Source: Candidatus Latescibacterota bacterium
GTDB lineage: Bacteria; Latescibacterota; UBA2968; UBA8231
Direction: 5' to 3'
Length of the DNA: 64,000 nucleotides
NCBI GenBank assembly: GCA_965261395.1
Contig: OZ253462.1
Location: 416,001-480,000 of the forward strand
This document shows positions 1 through 8,331 of the stretch, in pieces (positions within the stretch are counted from its first letter, which is position 1; each line of letters begins with the position of its first letter). The position numbers and the translations under genes are program-made. The notes under the pieces were generated by a model. That model searched no databases, was not told the origin of the DNA, and worked only from the letters and a program-made list of their open reading frames with translations.

Positions 1-242
1 GATTTCGATTCAAAGATGAACTCCTGCCCCTTGTACCGGATGACTCGGTCGCCTTTCTTCTTTCTATCGTGGTCATCGTGCTTGATAACCTCTGAAACGT
101 TGTCACCCGACAGCCAGAGTTTTTCGAGCTTGAGTTCCGCCAAGTAACCCAGAATCATGCCGCGGAGACTCGGATTATCCTCTACTAGCTCCGTTAGCTC
201 TTCTGGGGTCATATCCCATCTGTCGAGAATCGTTTCGGGCAT
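1..242 (-). CDS. PD-(D/E)xK nuclease, probable restriction endonuclease (partial, runs off window start)
   Basis: Manual translation from ATG at 242: MPETILDRWDMTPEELTELVEDNPSLRGMILGYLAELKLEKLWLSGDNVSEVIKHDDHDRKKKGDRVIRYKGQEFIFESK; E...GD...ESK catalytic layout; AAGAAGG upstream; AT-richer than flanks; absent from the ORF track. Confidence 0.6.
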   Translation of the reverse strand, partial: MPETILDRWDMTPEELTELVEDNPSLRGMILGYLAELKLEKLWLSGDNVSEVIKHDDHDRKKKGDRVIRYKGQEFIFESK

Positions 243-331
243 ATTATCGCCTTCTTAAGCCTTATATGCAGTAGCTAAATTATGAGCTTACGGAGAATTT
301 GTGCCCCCAAGGCAACCCAAAATTACATTCC

Positions 332-1414
332 CTAGACCGACGGCAATTGCGGCACCACTTGGTTGGCGAGCAGATCCATCGAGCGCTCCCACAGCGGCCG
401 GTCGTCCCAGTCGTGGGCGATCATCAGCAGCGTGTCGAAACCCCCAGTCGTCTCCCACAAGCCCGCTAGCTGATCTACGCACGACTGCACGTCGCCTATT
501 ATGCACAGGTTGCGGATCAGATACTCGGGCGTGACCTGCTCGTCGGGGATCTCCGGGTCGTGCTTCGTAATGTGGAGCATCTTGGCACCGCTGAGTACGG
601 CGATCAGATATTCAAAGGCGCGGCTGAAAGCACTCTTCTCGTCGAGGGCGTAGTCCCAAGCGCGCGCTGCTTCATCGGCGACGAGGATACTGCGCGAGAT
701 GCGCCAGCGAGTGCGCTCGGGCGCGGGCAGACCAGCCCCGGTAGCCCCGGCGCTGTAGGTCTGCCAGTGCTGGGTCAAGGTCGAATCAGCGACGAGGTTG
801 GTGCTAATGGGCAGATAGCCCCGCTGGCCGGCCATGGTCGCGGCCATGGAATCGCCTCTGATTACGCTCATGCCAATGGGCGGGTGCGGCTGCTGGTAGG
901 GCTTGAGCAGTTCGCCGATGCCGAGTTCGGGTTGCGGCTCCTCAATTTTGATGCGGTAGAAATCCCCCGCAAAATCAAAGGGGGCCTCTGCCTGCCAGAG
1001 CTTGAGGACCATGTCGATGCTCTCGACAGTCATCAGCCCTTGCGTCTTGGGATCGGGCAGGTCAAAAAGGCCCCAGTCGGTAGCGACGCCGCCTTGGCCG
1101 AAACCGCAGTTGAAGCGGCCCTTGGACAGGTGGTCGAGAAAGGCCAAGCGCACTGCGACATTGACCGGGTGGTGCTGCGGCATGATGGAGACGCCCGTGC
1201 CCAAGCGGATGTTTTGCGTCAGGGGCAGGACGTGGGCGATGAAGAGGTCGTTGGACGGGATCGGCTCCCAAGCGACGGTGTGGTGCTGGCCGATCCAAGC
1301 CTCGGTGAAGCCGAGCTGATCGGCGCGGACGACAAACTCGACGTCTTCGGCAAAGCATTCGGTGCGGTCTTTTTCCGGGGGATGCAAGGGCATCATAAAG
1401 GTGCCGAGTTTCAT
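332..1414 (-). CDS. LLM-class (luciferase-like) flavin-dependent oxidoreductase
   Basis: MKLGTFMMPLHP, ADQLGFTEAWIGQHH, IRLGTGV, LDHLSKGR motifs; GAGGAGG RBS. Confidence 0.9.
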   Translation of the reverse strand: MKLGTFMMPLHPPEKDRTECFAEDVEFVVRADQLGFTEAWIGQHHTVAWEPIPSNDLFIAHVLPLTQNIRLGTGVSIMPQHHPVNVAVRLAFLDHLSKGRFNCGFGQGGVATDWGLFDLPDPKTQGLMTVESIDMVLKLWQAEAPFDFAGDFYRIKIEEPQPELGIGELLKPYQQPHPPIGMSVIRGDSMAATMAGQRGYLPISTNLVADSTLTQHWQTYSAGATGAGLPAPERTRWRISRSILVADEAARAWDYALDEKSAFSRAFEYLIAVLSGAKMLHITKHDPEIPDEQVTPEYLIRNLCIIGDVQSCVDQLAGLWETTGGFDTLLMIAHDWDDRPLWERSMDLLANQVVPQLPSV

Positions 1415-1458
1415 GGGAATCCTCCTCTATGGGGAACGTAGATGCACGGCGCTCTGGT

Positions 1459-2793
1459 TCAGTATCCCAACTCCCGCTCCATTTCTCCGACCACCTCCGC
1501 GATTACCTGCGCGACTTCCTCGACCTGTTCTTCACTAATGGTAAAAGGCGGGCTGATGGCAATGTGGTCGCCGGCGACGCCGTCGATCAACCCAGGCGAC
1601 CCAGGCATGATGAGCACGCCCTTGGCAAAGGCGCGGTTGACGACCGCGGCAGACACGCCCTGAGCGGGGTCGAAGGGCGTGTGGGTCGCCTTTGCCTTTG
1701 CAAACTCCACGCCAGTGAGCAGGCCCTTGCCGCGCACCGCGCTGACTATGGGTGAGTCCATCAAGGGCTGCATCTTCTCCAGCATCAGGTCGCCCATCTG
1801 CGCGGAGCGAGCGACTAGGTCGTGGTCCTCGATGTAGTTCTGCACGGCGAAGGCGACGGCACAGGAGAGCGGATTGCCACCATAGGTGTGGCCGTGGACG
1901 TAGTGGTTTTGCTCTTTGTAGATCCCGTCGTAGATCTCGTCGCGGACCAGGGTCGCGGCAATGGGGGTGTACCCGCTGCTGAGGCCCTTGCCGGTGGCCA
2001 AGATGTCTGGGATGGCGTCCCAGTGCTCAATGCCGAAATTGAGGCCCGTGCGTCCGTAGGCGGTGACCACTTCGTCGATGATCATCAAGATGTTATAGCG
2101 GTCGCAGATCGCGCGGATCGTGGGGAAGTAGTCGGGCGGCGGCATCAGCCCGCAGCAAGAAGTGCCCGAGATCGGCTCGGCGATGAAAGCGGAGATGTAT
2201 TCGCTGCCCTCCTGTTTGATGACCCGCTCCAGCTCTTCGGCGCAGGCCAGCGTACAAGCGGGTCGATCCTGGCAGTACGGGCAGTGAGCCGGGCGGGGGA
2301 AGGTGATGTGCGGGAAGTCGAGTAGGTAGGGCACGTAGTCTTCGCGCCAAGTGGAACGGCCCGACATCGAAAGCGCGCCGATGGTGTTGCCGTGCCAGCT
2401 CTGCCAGCGGGTGATGACTTTGTACTTTTTGGGATTACCGGTTTCGACGTGGTACTTGCGGGCGATCTTGAGCGCGGCCTCCGTGGCTTCGGACCCGCCG
2501 GAGACGAAGAAGACGCGGTTGAGATCGCCGGGGGCCATGGCGGCAAGTTTGTCGGCGAGATCGATTTGCGGCTGGGTGAGGAAGCGGGCGTAGGTAAAGC
2601 AGACCTTGTTCGCCTGCTCCTGCATGACCGCAGCTATCTCCGGGACGCCGTGGCCGATGGAGACCACGTGGACGCCGGCGCAGGCATCGAGGTAGGCGCG
2701 GCCGTCCTCGGCGTAGAGATAGCAGTCTTTGCCGTGGGAAATCTGCGGCCAGTTGTCGGTAATGACGCGGTGAAAAATGCGGTCGGTAGTCAT
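1459..2793 (-). CDS. Class-III PLP-dependent aminotransferase
   Basis: YLDACAG, SGGSEA, SWHGNT, AEPI, DEVVTAYGRTG, GKGLSSGY, HGHTYGGNP; start reassigned to ATG 2793 (MTTDR). Confidence 0.9.
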   Translation of the reverse strand: MTTDRIFHRVITDNWPQISHGKDCYLYAEDGRAYLDACAGVHVVSIGHGVPEIAAVMQEQANKVCFTYARFLTQPQIDLADKLAAMAPGDLNRVFFVSGGSEATEAALKIARKYHVETGNPKKYKVITRWQSWHGNTIGALSMSGRSTWREDYVPYLLDFPHITFPRPAHCPYCQDRPACTLACAEELERVIKQEGSEYISAFIAEPISGTSCCGLMPPPDYFPTIRAICDRYNILMIIDEVVTAYGRTGLNFGIEHWDAIPDILATGKGLSSGYTPIAATLVRDEIYDGIYKEQNHYVHGHTYGGNPLSCAVAFAVQNYIEDHDLVARSAQMGDLMLEKMQPLMDSPIVSAVRGKGLLTGVEFAKAKATHTPFDPAQGVSAAVVNRAFAKGVLIMPGSPGLIDGVAGDHIAISPPFTISEEQVEEVAQVIAEVVGEMERELGY

Positions 2794-2881
2794 GGAGCTG
2801 TCCTTTGTATGTAGTAATGGCAAGGCACTCAAGATACAAAGTCCCAAGATGCCAGCATAGGGCGCGGCCGATTTTGGCGCG

Positions 2882-2926
2882 TTGCAAGGGTGCAACTCGC
2901 TCAATATCTCGATATGTTTCTCTACA
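2882..2926 (+). promoter_or_regulatory. Conserved upstream element of TonB receptor 1 (variant of a putative ECF-type promoter)
   Basis: ttgcaagggtgcaactcgctcaatatctcgatatgtttctctaca matches 5178-5214 apart from an 8-nt tandem duplication and a few substitutions. Confidence 0.4.
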
Positions 2927-2982
2927 AGCTCGCATTTATGGGATAACCCCTGTGGTCGTCTTTCGTTTGGATAGGCACAAAG

Positions 2983-5148
2983 GTGAGATTGCAAAAAAAA
3001 TGTAGGCGGGTGCTGGCGGCGTGGCTGCTACTGGCGGGGTCAGCACAGGCGGCGACCCTGAGCGGCTTTGTCACCGATGCTGACAACGGCGAAGCCCTGA
3101 GCCGCGCAGCTATCGCGGTGGAGGGGCTTCCGCTCGGGGCGGTCAGCAATCACAGCGGCTACTACGCGGTCAAACAAGTACCGGCTGGTACGCACGTGGT
3201 AAGCGCGTCGCATGCAGGCTACCAGACCCGGTGGGACACGCTGCGCTTTGGCGCGGACGAGGCCGTGCGGCTCAATTTGGCGCTAGTGTCCAAGCCGGCG
3301 GGCCTGGGCGAGCAGGTCTCGGTGGAAGCCGAACGCATCAGCCTCCGCGCCAAGCCGGTGCAGCAGTTGCCCGCCCTTGGCGAGGCCGATCTCTTGCGCA
3401 GCTTACAGCTACTGCCGGGCATCCAAGCGGTCTCGGATATCAGCAGCGGCTTGTACGTGCGCGGCGGCGGCCCCGATCAGGCGGCTATCCTCCTCGACGA
3501 CATTCCGCTGTACAATCCTTCCCACCTCTTCGGCCTCTTCTCGACCTTTAATCCAGACGCCATCAAGGAAGTCAATCTGTACAAGGGAGCCTATCCCGCT
3601 CCGTATGGCCGCACGCTCGGGGCAGTGCTCGACGTGAGCAACCGCGAGGGCAACCGACAGCGAACTAGCGGGCGTGGCGGCGTGAGTCTAATTTCAGGCC
3701 GCCTGCTCACCGAGGGACCAGTCGGCCAAGGCTCGTGGATGCTGGCCGGCCGCCGCACCTACCTAGAACCCGTGCTCAGCGCCATCCGCTCGCGCGGAGT
3801 GGATATCCCCTTGAACTATTACTTCTACGACTTCAACGGCAAAGTCAACCAGCGGTGGGGCGACGACACCTTTACAGTGAGCACGTACTGGGGCCAAGAC
3901 AACCTGCGGCTTGACCTAGAAGACGACGAAGAGTCTTTCGTCAATCTGCGCTGGGGCAACCGCGCCCTGACTGCGCGCTGGACGCGGGTGTTCTCGCCGG
4001 CCCTATTCGGGCACTTCATGGCCACCGGCTCGTCGTACGAAAGCATCATCGCGCTCCGTTTCCTCGACGCGCCCGTCCGCATCGCCAACAGCATCCGCGA
4101 CCTGTCGCTCAAAGGCGACTTGGATTACTTCGCCAACCGCAACCACACCCTTTCTTTAGGCTTGTTGGCCACCCTATTTGAGTTTCACTTTGCCCGATCT
4201 TTCAACGAGCGGACTCAGCTCGACTTGCGCCAAGAGCCGGTGCTGTTGGAAGGCTACGTGCAGGACGAGTGGCGGCTCGGGCCGACCACGCGAGTGCAGC
4301 TAGGCGGACGAGGGACGTACTTCAGCGCAGGGCACCGCTGGCATTTCGCACCCCGGCTGTCCCTGAGCCACGCCCTCAGCGACAAAGTCCGGGTCAAAGC
4401 CGGCGGCGGGGTATATCGCCAACACCTGCAACTGATCACCACCGAAGGCTTTAGCGGCGGCGATTTCTGGGTGCCGCTCGACAGCACCGTCGAGCCGGGG
4501 CGATCCTATCAGGCTGTCACCGGCGTCGAGTGGATCCCTTCGCCGCGCTACCAGCTTTCCGTGGAGGCTTATTACACGGACCTTGCCAACCTAGTGACCG
4601 TGGATACCGAAGTGGATGATGACAACGAGGCCACGCACTCGGACGCGGTATTCAAAAGCGGCGGCACGGGCTGGGCGAAGGGGTTGGAGGTCTTTTTGCA
4701 GCGGCGCACCGGCGCACTCACCGGGTGGATCGGCTACGCGCTCGGTTGGACGCGGCGGACGTTTCCCGAACTCAATGATGGCCGTCCCTTTCCCCCCAAA
4801 CACGACCGCCGCCACGACCTGTCTTTTGTCGCTTCCTACAAGGTGGGCGCATGGCGGCTCGGCGCGAGCTTGGCGTACGCCAGTGGTCAGGCGTTTACAC
4901 CGGTCTCCGAGACCCCTGCCCAGCGCAACAGCGCCCGCCTGCTGCCCTACCACCGCCTCGATGTCAGCGCTAGCCGATCGTTCGGATTGTGGGGAGCCGC
5001 CAGCGAGTTCTACGTGCAGATATTCAATGTGTACAGCCGCCGCAACGAGTGGTTTTTGCAGCTTGATTCAGTCGATCCCGAAGTCGACCCGCGCAAGATC
5101 AAACAATTGCCCATAATTCCCACGCTGGGCTTCAACTTCAATTTTTAG
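2983..5148 (+). CDS. TonB-dependent receptor (paralog 1) with N-terminal carboxypeptidase-regulatory-like domain
   Basis: Signal peptide, plug motifs LQLLPGI / YVRGG / YNPSHLFG / YKGAYPA, C-terminal Phe (GFNFNF). Confidence 0.9.
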   Translation: MRLQKKCRRVLAAWLLLAGSAQAATLSGFVTDADNGEALSRAAIAVEGLPLGAVSNHSGYYAVKQVPAGTHVVSASHAGYQTRWDTLRFGADEAVRLNLALVSKPAGLGEQVSVEAERISLRAKPVQQLPALGEADLLRSLQLLPGIQAVSDISSGLYVRGGGPDQAAILLDDIPLYNPSHLFGLFSTFNPDAIKEVNLYKGAYPAPYGRTLGAVLDVSNREGNRQRTSGRGGVSLISGRLLTEGPVGQGSWMLAGRRTYLEPVLSAIRSRGVDIPLNYYFYDFNGKVNQRWGDDTFTVSTYWGQDNLRLDLEDDEESFVNLRWGNRALTARWTRVFSPALFGHFMATGSSYESIIALRFLDAPVRIANSIRDLSLKGDLDYFANRNHTLSLGLLATLFEFHFARSFNERTQLDLRQEPVLLEGYVQDEWRLGPTTRVQLGGRGTYFSAGHRWHFAPRLSLSHALSDKVRVKAGGGVYRQHLQLITTEGFSGGDFWVPLDSTVEPGRSYQAVTGVEWIPSPRYQLSVEAYYTDLANLVTVDTEVDDDNEATHSDAVFKSGGTGWAKGLEVFLQRRTGALTGWIGYALGWTRRTFPELNDGRPFPPKHDRRHDLSFVASYKVGAWRLGASLAYASGQAFTPVSETPAQRNSARLLPYHRLDVSASRSFGLWGAASEFYVQIFNVYSRRNEWFLQLDSVDPEVDPRKIKQLPIIPTLGFNFNF

Positions 5149-5177
5149 CATCGAGATCGGCGTCTATTCGGGCCGTT

Positions 5178-5214
5178 TTGCAAGGGTACAACTCCCTCAA
5201 TATGTTTTTCTACA
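5178..5214 (+). promoter_or_regulatory. Putative ECF-sigma-type promoter of TonB receptor 2
   Basis: AAC(5190-5192)-N16-TCTA(5209-5212); conserved upstream of both paralogs. Confidence 0.4.
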
Positions 5215-5242
5215 TCCCGATTCCAAGCAGATTTGAGCAATT

Positions 5243-7510
5243 ATGACGAATATTCGCAAGACCGTGCAGCATGGGCGGAGCGGTTTACGAATGTTAGCGG
5301 CAGTGTGGCTGCTAGCGGCGGGCGCGGCACAGGCGGCGACCCTGAGCGGATTTGTGACCGACGCCGACAGCGGCGAATCCCTGCCTCTGGCCTCCATTGT
5401 CCTGACGCAGGTACAGTTGGGCGCGGCGAGCAATAGCAGCGGCTACTACGCCGTCAAAGAGGTACCAGCGGGGACGTACGAGGTGGTGATTTCGTATATA
5501 GGCTACAAAAGCTGGCGCGACACCCTAGCGTTCAGCGACCGAGATGTGCGCTTGGATGTGGCCTTGCAGGTCGAGTCGGTGGACCTAGAGGAAATTGTGA
5601 TCCAAGCCGAGCGCAGCGAAGAGCTGGAGCAGGCCACCCAGAGCAGTTTTATCGCCCTACAGGTCGAGCCGTTGCAGCAAATGCCAGCCATTGGTGAGGC
5701 CGATCTCCTCCGCAGCTTGCAACTGCTGCCGGGCATCCAGTCGGCTTCGGACATTAGCAGCGGCCTGTACGTGCGCGGCGGCGGTCCCGATCAGACGGCT
5801 ATCCTCCTCGACCACATCCCCTTGTACAATCCCTCGCACCTATTCGGCTTCTTCTCGACCTTTAATCCAGACGCCATCAAGGACGTCCAGCTATACAAAG
5901 GGGCCTACCCGGCTGCGTACGGCCGCACGCTCGGGGCGGTGCTCGACGTGAGCAACCGCGAGGGCAACCGACAGCGCTTCAGCAGCCGGGGAGGCATCAG
6001 CCTGATCGCAAGCCGTTTGCTGGCCGAAGGGCCGGTGGGGCAAGGCTCGTGGATGCTGGCCGGCCGCCGCACCTACCTAGAACCCGTGCTCAGCGCCATC
6101 CGCTCTCGCGGGGTGGACATCCCCTTGAACTATTACTTCTACGACTTCAACGGCAAAGTCAACCAGCGCTGGGGCGACGACACCTTTACGGTGAGCACGT
6201 ATTGGGGCCAGGACGATCTGCGGGTGGACATAGAAGATGAGAATGAGTCGTTCGTCGATCTGCGCTGGGGCAACCGCGCGCTGACTGCGCGCTGGACGCG
6301 GGTGTTCTCGCCGACCCTGTTCGGGCACTTCATGGCCGCTGGCTCGTCGTACGAAAGCACCCTCTTATTCAGCTTCTTCGACACGCCTTTTAGCATTGCC
6401 AACAGCATCCGCGATTGGTCGCTCAAGAGCGACTTGGATTACTTTGCCAACCGCAACCACACCCTCACCCTCGGCTTTCTCGCCACCCTGTTCGAGTTCG
6501 ACTATGACGAGTCCTTCAACCAGCAGGACCAGTCCGACTTGTACCAAAGGTCGGTGCTGGCCTCGGCCTACGTGCAGGACGAGTGGCAAGCCGGGCCGAC
6601 CACGCGGCTGCGACTCGGGGGACGGGGCACCTATTTCAGCGTTGCGGATCGCCTGCATTTCACGCCGCGAATGTCCCTGAGCCACGCCCTCAGCGACAAA
6701 ATTCGCGTCAAGGCCGCCGCGGGCATGTACCGCCAGTACTTGCAATTGATCACCACCGAAGCCTTTAGCGGCGGCGATTTCTGGGTGCCGCTGGACAGCA
6801 GCGTCGAGCCGGGGCGCTCTTATCAGGGGGTGATAGGCACCGAGTGGGACCCGTCGCGGCGCTACCAGCTCTCCGTGGAGGCCTACTACACCGACTTGGC
6901 CAATCTGGTGGTGCTAGACAACGCGGTGGCCGTCGATAGCGAAAGCACGCGCTCGGATGACATATTCAAAAGCGGGGGTAGCGGCTGGGCCAGCGGAGTC
7001 GAGGTCTTTTTGCAGCGGCGCACTGGCGCACTTACCGGGTGGGTGGGCTATACCCTGGGCTGGACGCGGCGCACCTTTCCCGAACTGAACGGCGGGCTCA
7101 CCTTTCCCCCCAAGTACGACCGCCGCCACGACCTATCTTTCGTGTTCTCGTACCAGGCGGGGAAATGGCGCTTAGGCTCCAATCTCGTGTACGCCACCGG
7201 ACAGGCCTTCACCCCGGCCTCGGCCCGCTATTCGCTGCGCGAGCCAACCACTGGATCGGTGGAAGACTACGTGCTACCGGCCGAGCGCAACAGCGCCCGC
7301 CTACTGCCCTACCACCGCCTTGATGCCAGCGCCAGCCGCGAGTTTGGGCTGTGGGGCCTCGACGTCGAGTTCTACTTGCAAATTTTCAATCTCTACAGCC
7401 GGCGCAACGAGTGGTTCGTGCAGTTCGACACGAAGAATCCCGAGACCGAGCCGGAAGTGGTCAAGCAATTGCCCATCGTGCCGACGCTGGGCTTCAACTT
7501 TTCGTTTTAA
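5243..7510 (+). CDS. TonB-dependent receptor (paralog 2)
   Basis: Same architecture (ISYIGY, YVRGG, C-terminal GFNFSF); exact start may be downstream (MLAAVW, 5291). Confidence 0.9.
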   Translation: MTNIRKTVQHGRSGLRMLAAVWLLAAGAAQAATLSGFVTDADSGESLPLASIVLTQVQLGAASNSSGYYAVKEVPAGTYEVVISYIGYKSWRDTLAFSDRDVRLDVALQVESVDLEEIVIQAERSEELEQATQSSFIALQVEPLQQMPAIGEADLLRSLQLLPGIQSASDISSGLYVRGGGPDQTAILLDHIPLYNPSHLFGFFSTFNPDAIKDVQLYKGAYPAAYGRTLGAVLDVSNREGNRQRFSSRGGISLIASRLLAEGPVGQGSWMLAGRRTYLEPVLSAIRSRGVDIPLNYYFYDFNGKVNQRWGDDTFTVSTYWGQDDLRVDIEDENESFVDLRWGNRALTARWTRVFSPTLFGHFMAAGSSYESTLLFSFFDTPFSIANSIRDWSLKSDLDYFANRNHTLTLGFLATLFEFDYDESFNQQDQSDLYQRSVLASAYVQDEWQAGPTTRLRLGGRGTYFSVADRLHFTPRMSLSHALSDKIRVKAAAGMYRQYLQLITTEAFSGGDFWVPLDSSVEPGRSYQGVIGTEWDPSRRYQLSVEAYYTDLANLVVLDNAVAVDSESTRSDDIFKSGGSGWASGVEVFLQRRTGALTGWVGYTLGWTRRTFPELNGGLTFPPKYDRRHDLSFVFSYQAGKWRLGSNLVYATGQAFTPASARYSLREPTTGSVEDYVLPAERNSARLLPYHRLDASASREFGLWGLDVEFYLQIFNLYSRRNEWFVQFDTKNPETEPEVVKQLPIVPTLGFNFSF

Positions 7511-7528
7511 GGAGGAAGTCGTGCGCTA
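7484..7528 (+). repeat. 45-bp direct repeat, left copy (receptor 3' end + RBS + GTGCGCTA)
   Basis: acgctgggcttcaacttttcgttttaaggaggaagtcgtgcgcta; 42/45 identical to 10070-10114. Confidence 0.9.
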
Positions 7529-7588
7529 TTAAGAGTTGGACGGTGAGGCACAGGGAAGGTATGAGACCCGGTTCTATATAGTTTCTAC

Positions 7589-8235
7589 TCACTTGCGTGC
7601 AATACGGCACGACTTCCAGTTCTTCGACCAATGTTCATCGGACTGGACATGGCCCGCCCGAACGCTCTTGCAGACATTGTACCTGAATTCCTCGACCGGA
7701 AATGCTCGTGCCAACCGTATCACCACCCCTTCCCGTTCACCTCCCAATACGGATGGCTCCGTGTGCGCCTTGCTTACGAAGTCCTGAATTTCGTCAACGG
7801 AGCGGAACAAGCCCTCGAACAGAATGGGGGCTACCGGAATGTCGTGTTCTTGGGCATAATCCACCATCGTCCGGAACGACGAAAAGGTACCATCCCCAAA
7901 GCGAAGCGCGAAGGCATAAAAGGTTTCGTTCTCGGCGACGGGTTCATATTCGATGCTGTGTACTCCGTAGATATCTTCACCATAAAGAAACACGTCCGGC
8001 TCCATCACTTTCCAAGCATGGTGTTTCTTGACCATCGCCATCCACTTGCCATTCGAAGGAGCGGAGACACTACGTGCATAAACTTCACCCTGGTGAAGGA
8101 GTGTATTGCCTCCATCGATCTTCTCGGTTACGACAATCGGTAATCCTATGAACCTCATCGGGTCGGCAAGAGCTTCGCCGTCTCGGACAGCCGCTGGCGA
8201 GTCTGGCCAGTAGGAGTTTTTGGATATTTGAGCAT
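7589..8235 (-). pseudogene. ATP-dependent RNA ligase family protein with a 1-nt frameshift near codon 8
   Basis: Motif I VVTEKIDGGN, LYGED, FYAF, REGVVIR, KSVR..HVQSDEHW. The family N-terminus MLKYPKTP (ATG 8235) is out of frame with YWPDSP: ATG CTC AAA TAT CCA AAA ACT CCT ACT GGC. Confidence 0.7.
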
Positions 8236-8331
8236 ATGACCTGACGTCGAAAATTGGCACTCGAGATCCGCGTGCGTGTTTCTTCCGTTCGCCGCTATGG
8301 CAACGTTGGTGTCTACGACAAAGGATGTCAT
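8155..8331 (-). pseudogene. Truncated PIN-like protein N-terminus, fused in frame to the RNA ligase start
   Basis: ATG overlaps the ATPase stop (TGATG); MTSFVVDTNVAIAANGRNTHADLECQ then FSTSGH-MLKYPKTP...*; 58 aa. Confidence 0.65.

Noticed and set aside
7551-7563. 13-mer cagggaaggtatg also found at 30533-30545, both near accessory DNA
   Set aside because: A single 13-bp match is expected by chance in 64 kb; the flanks do not align.
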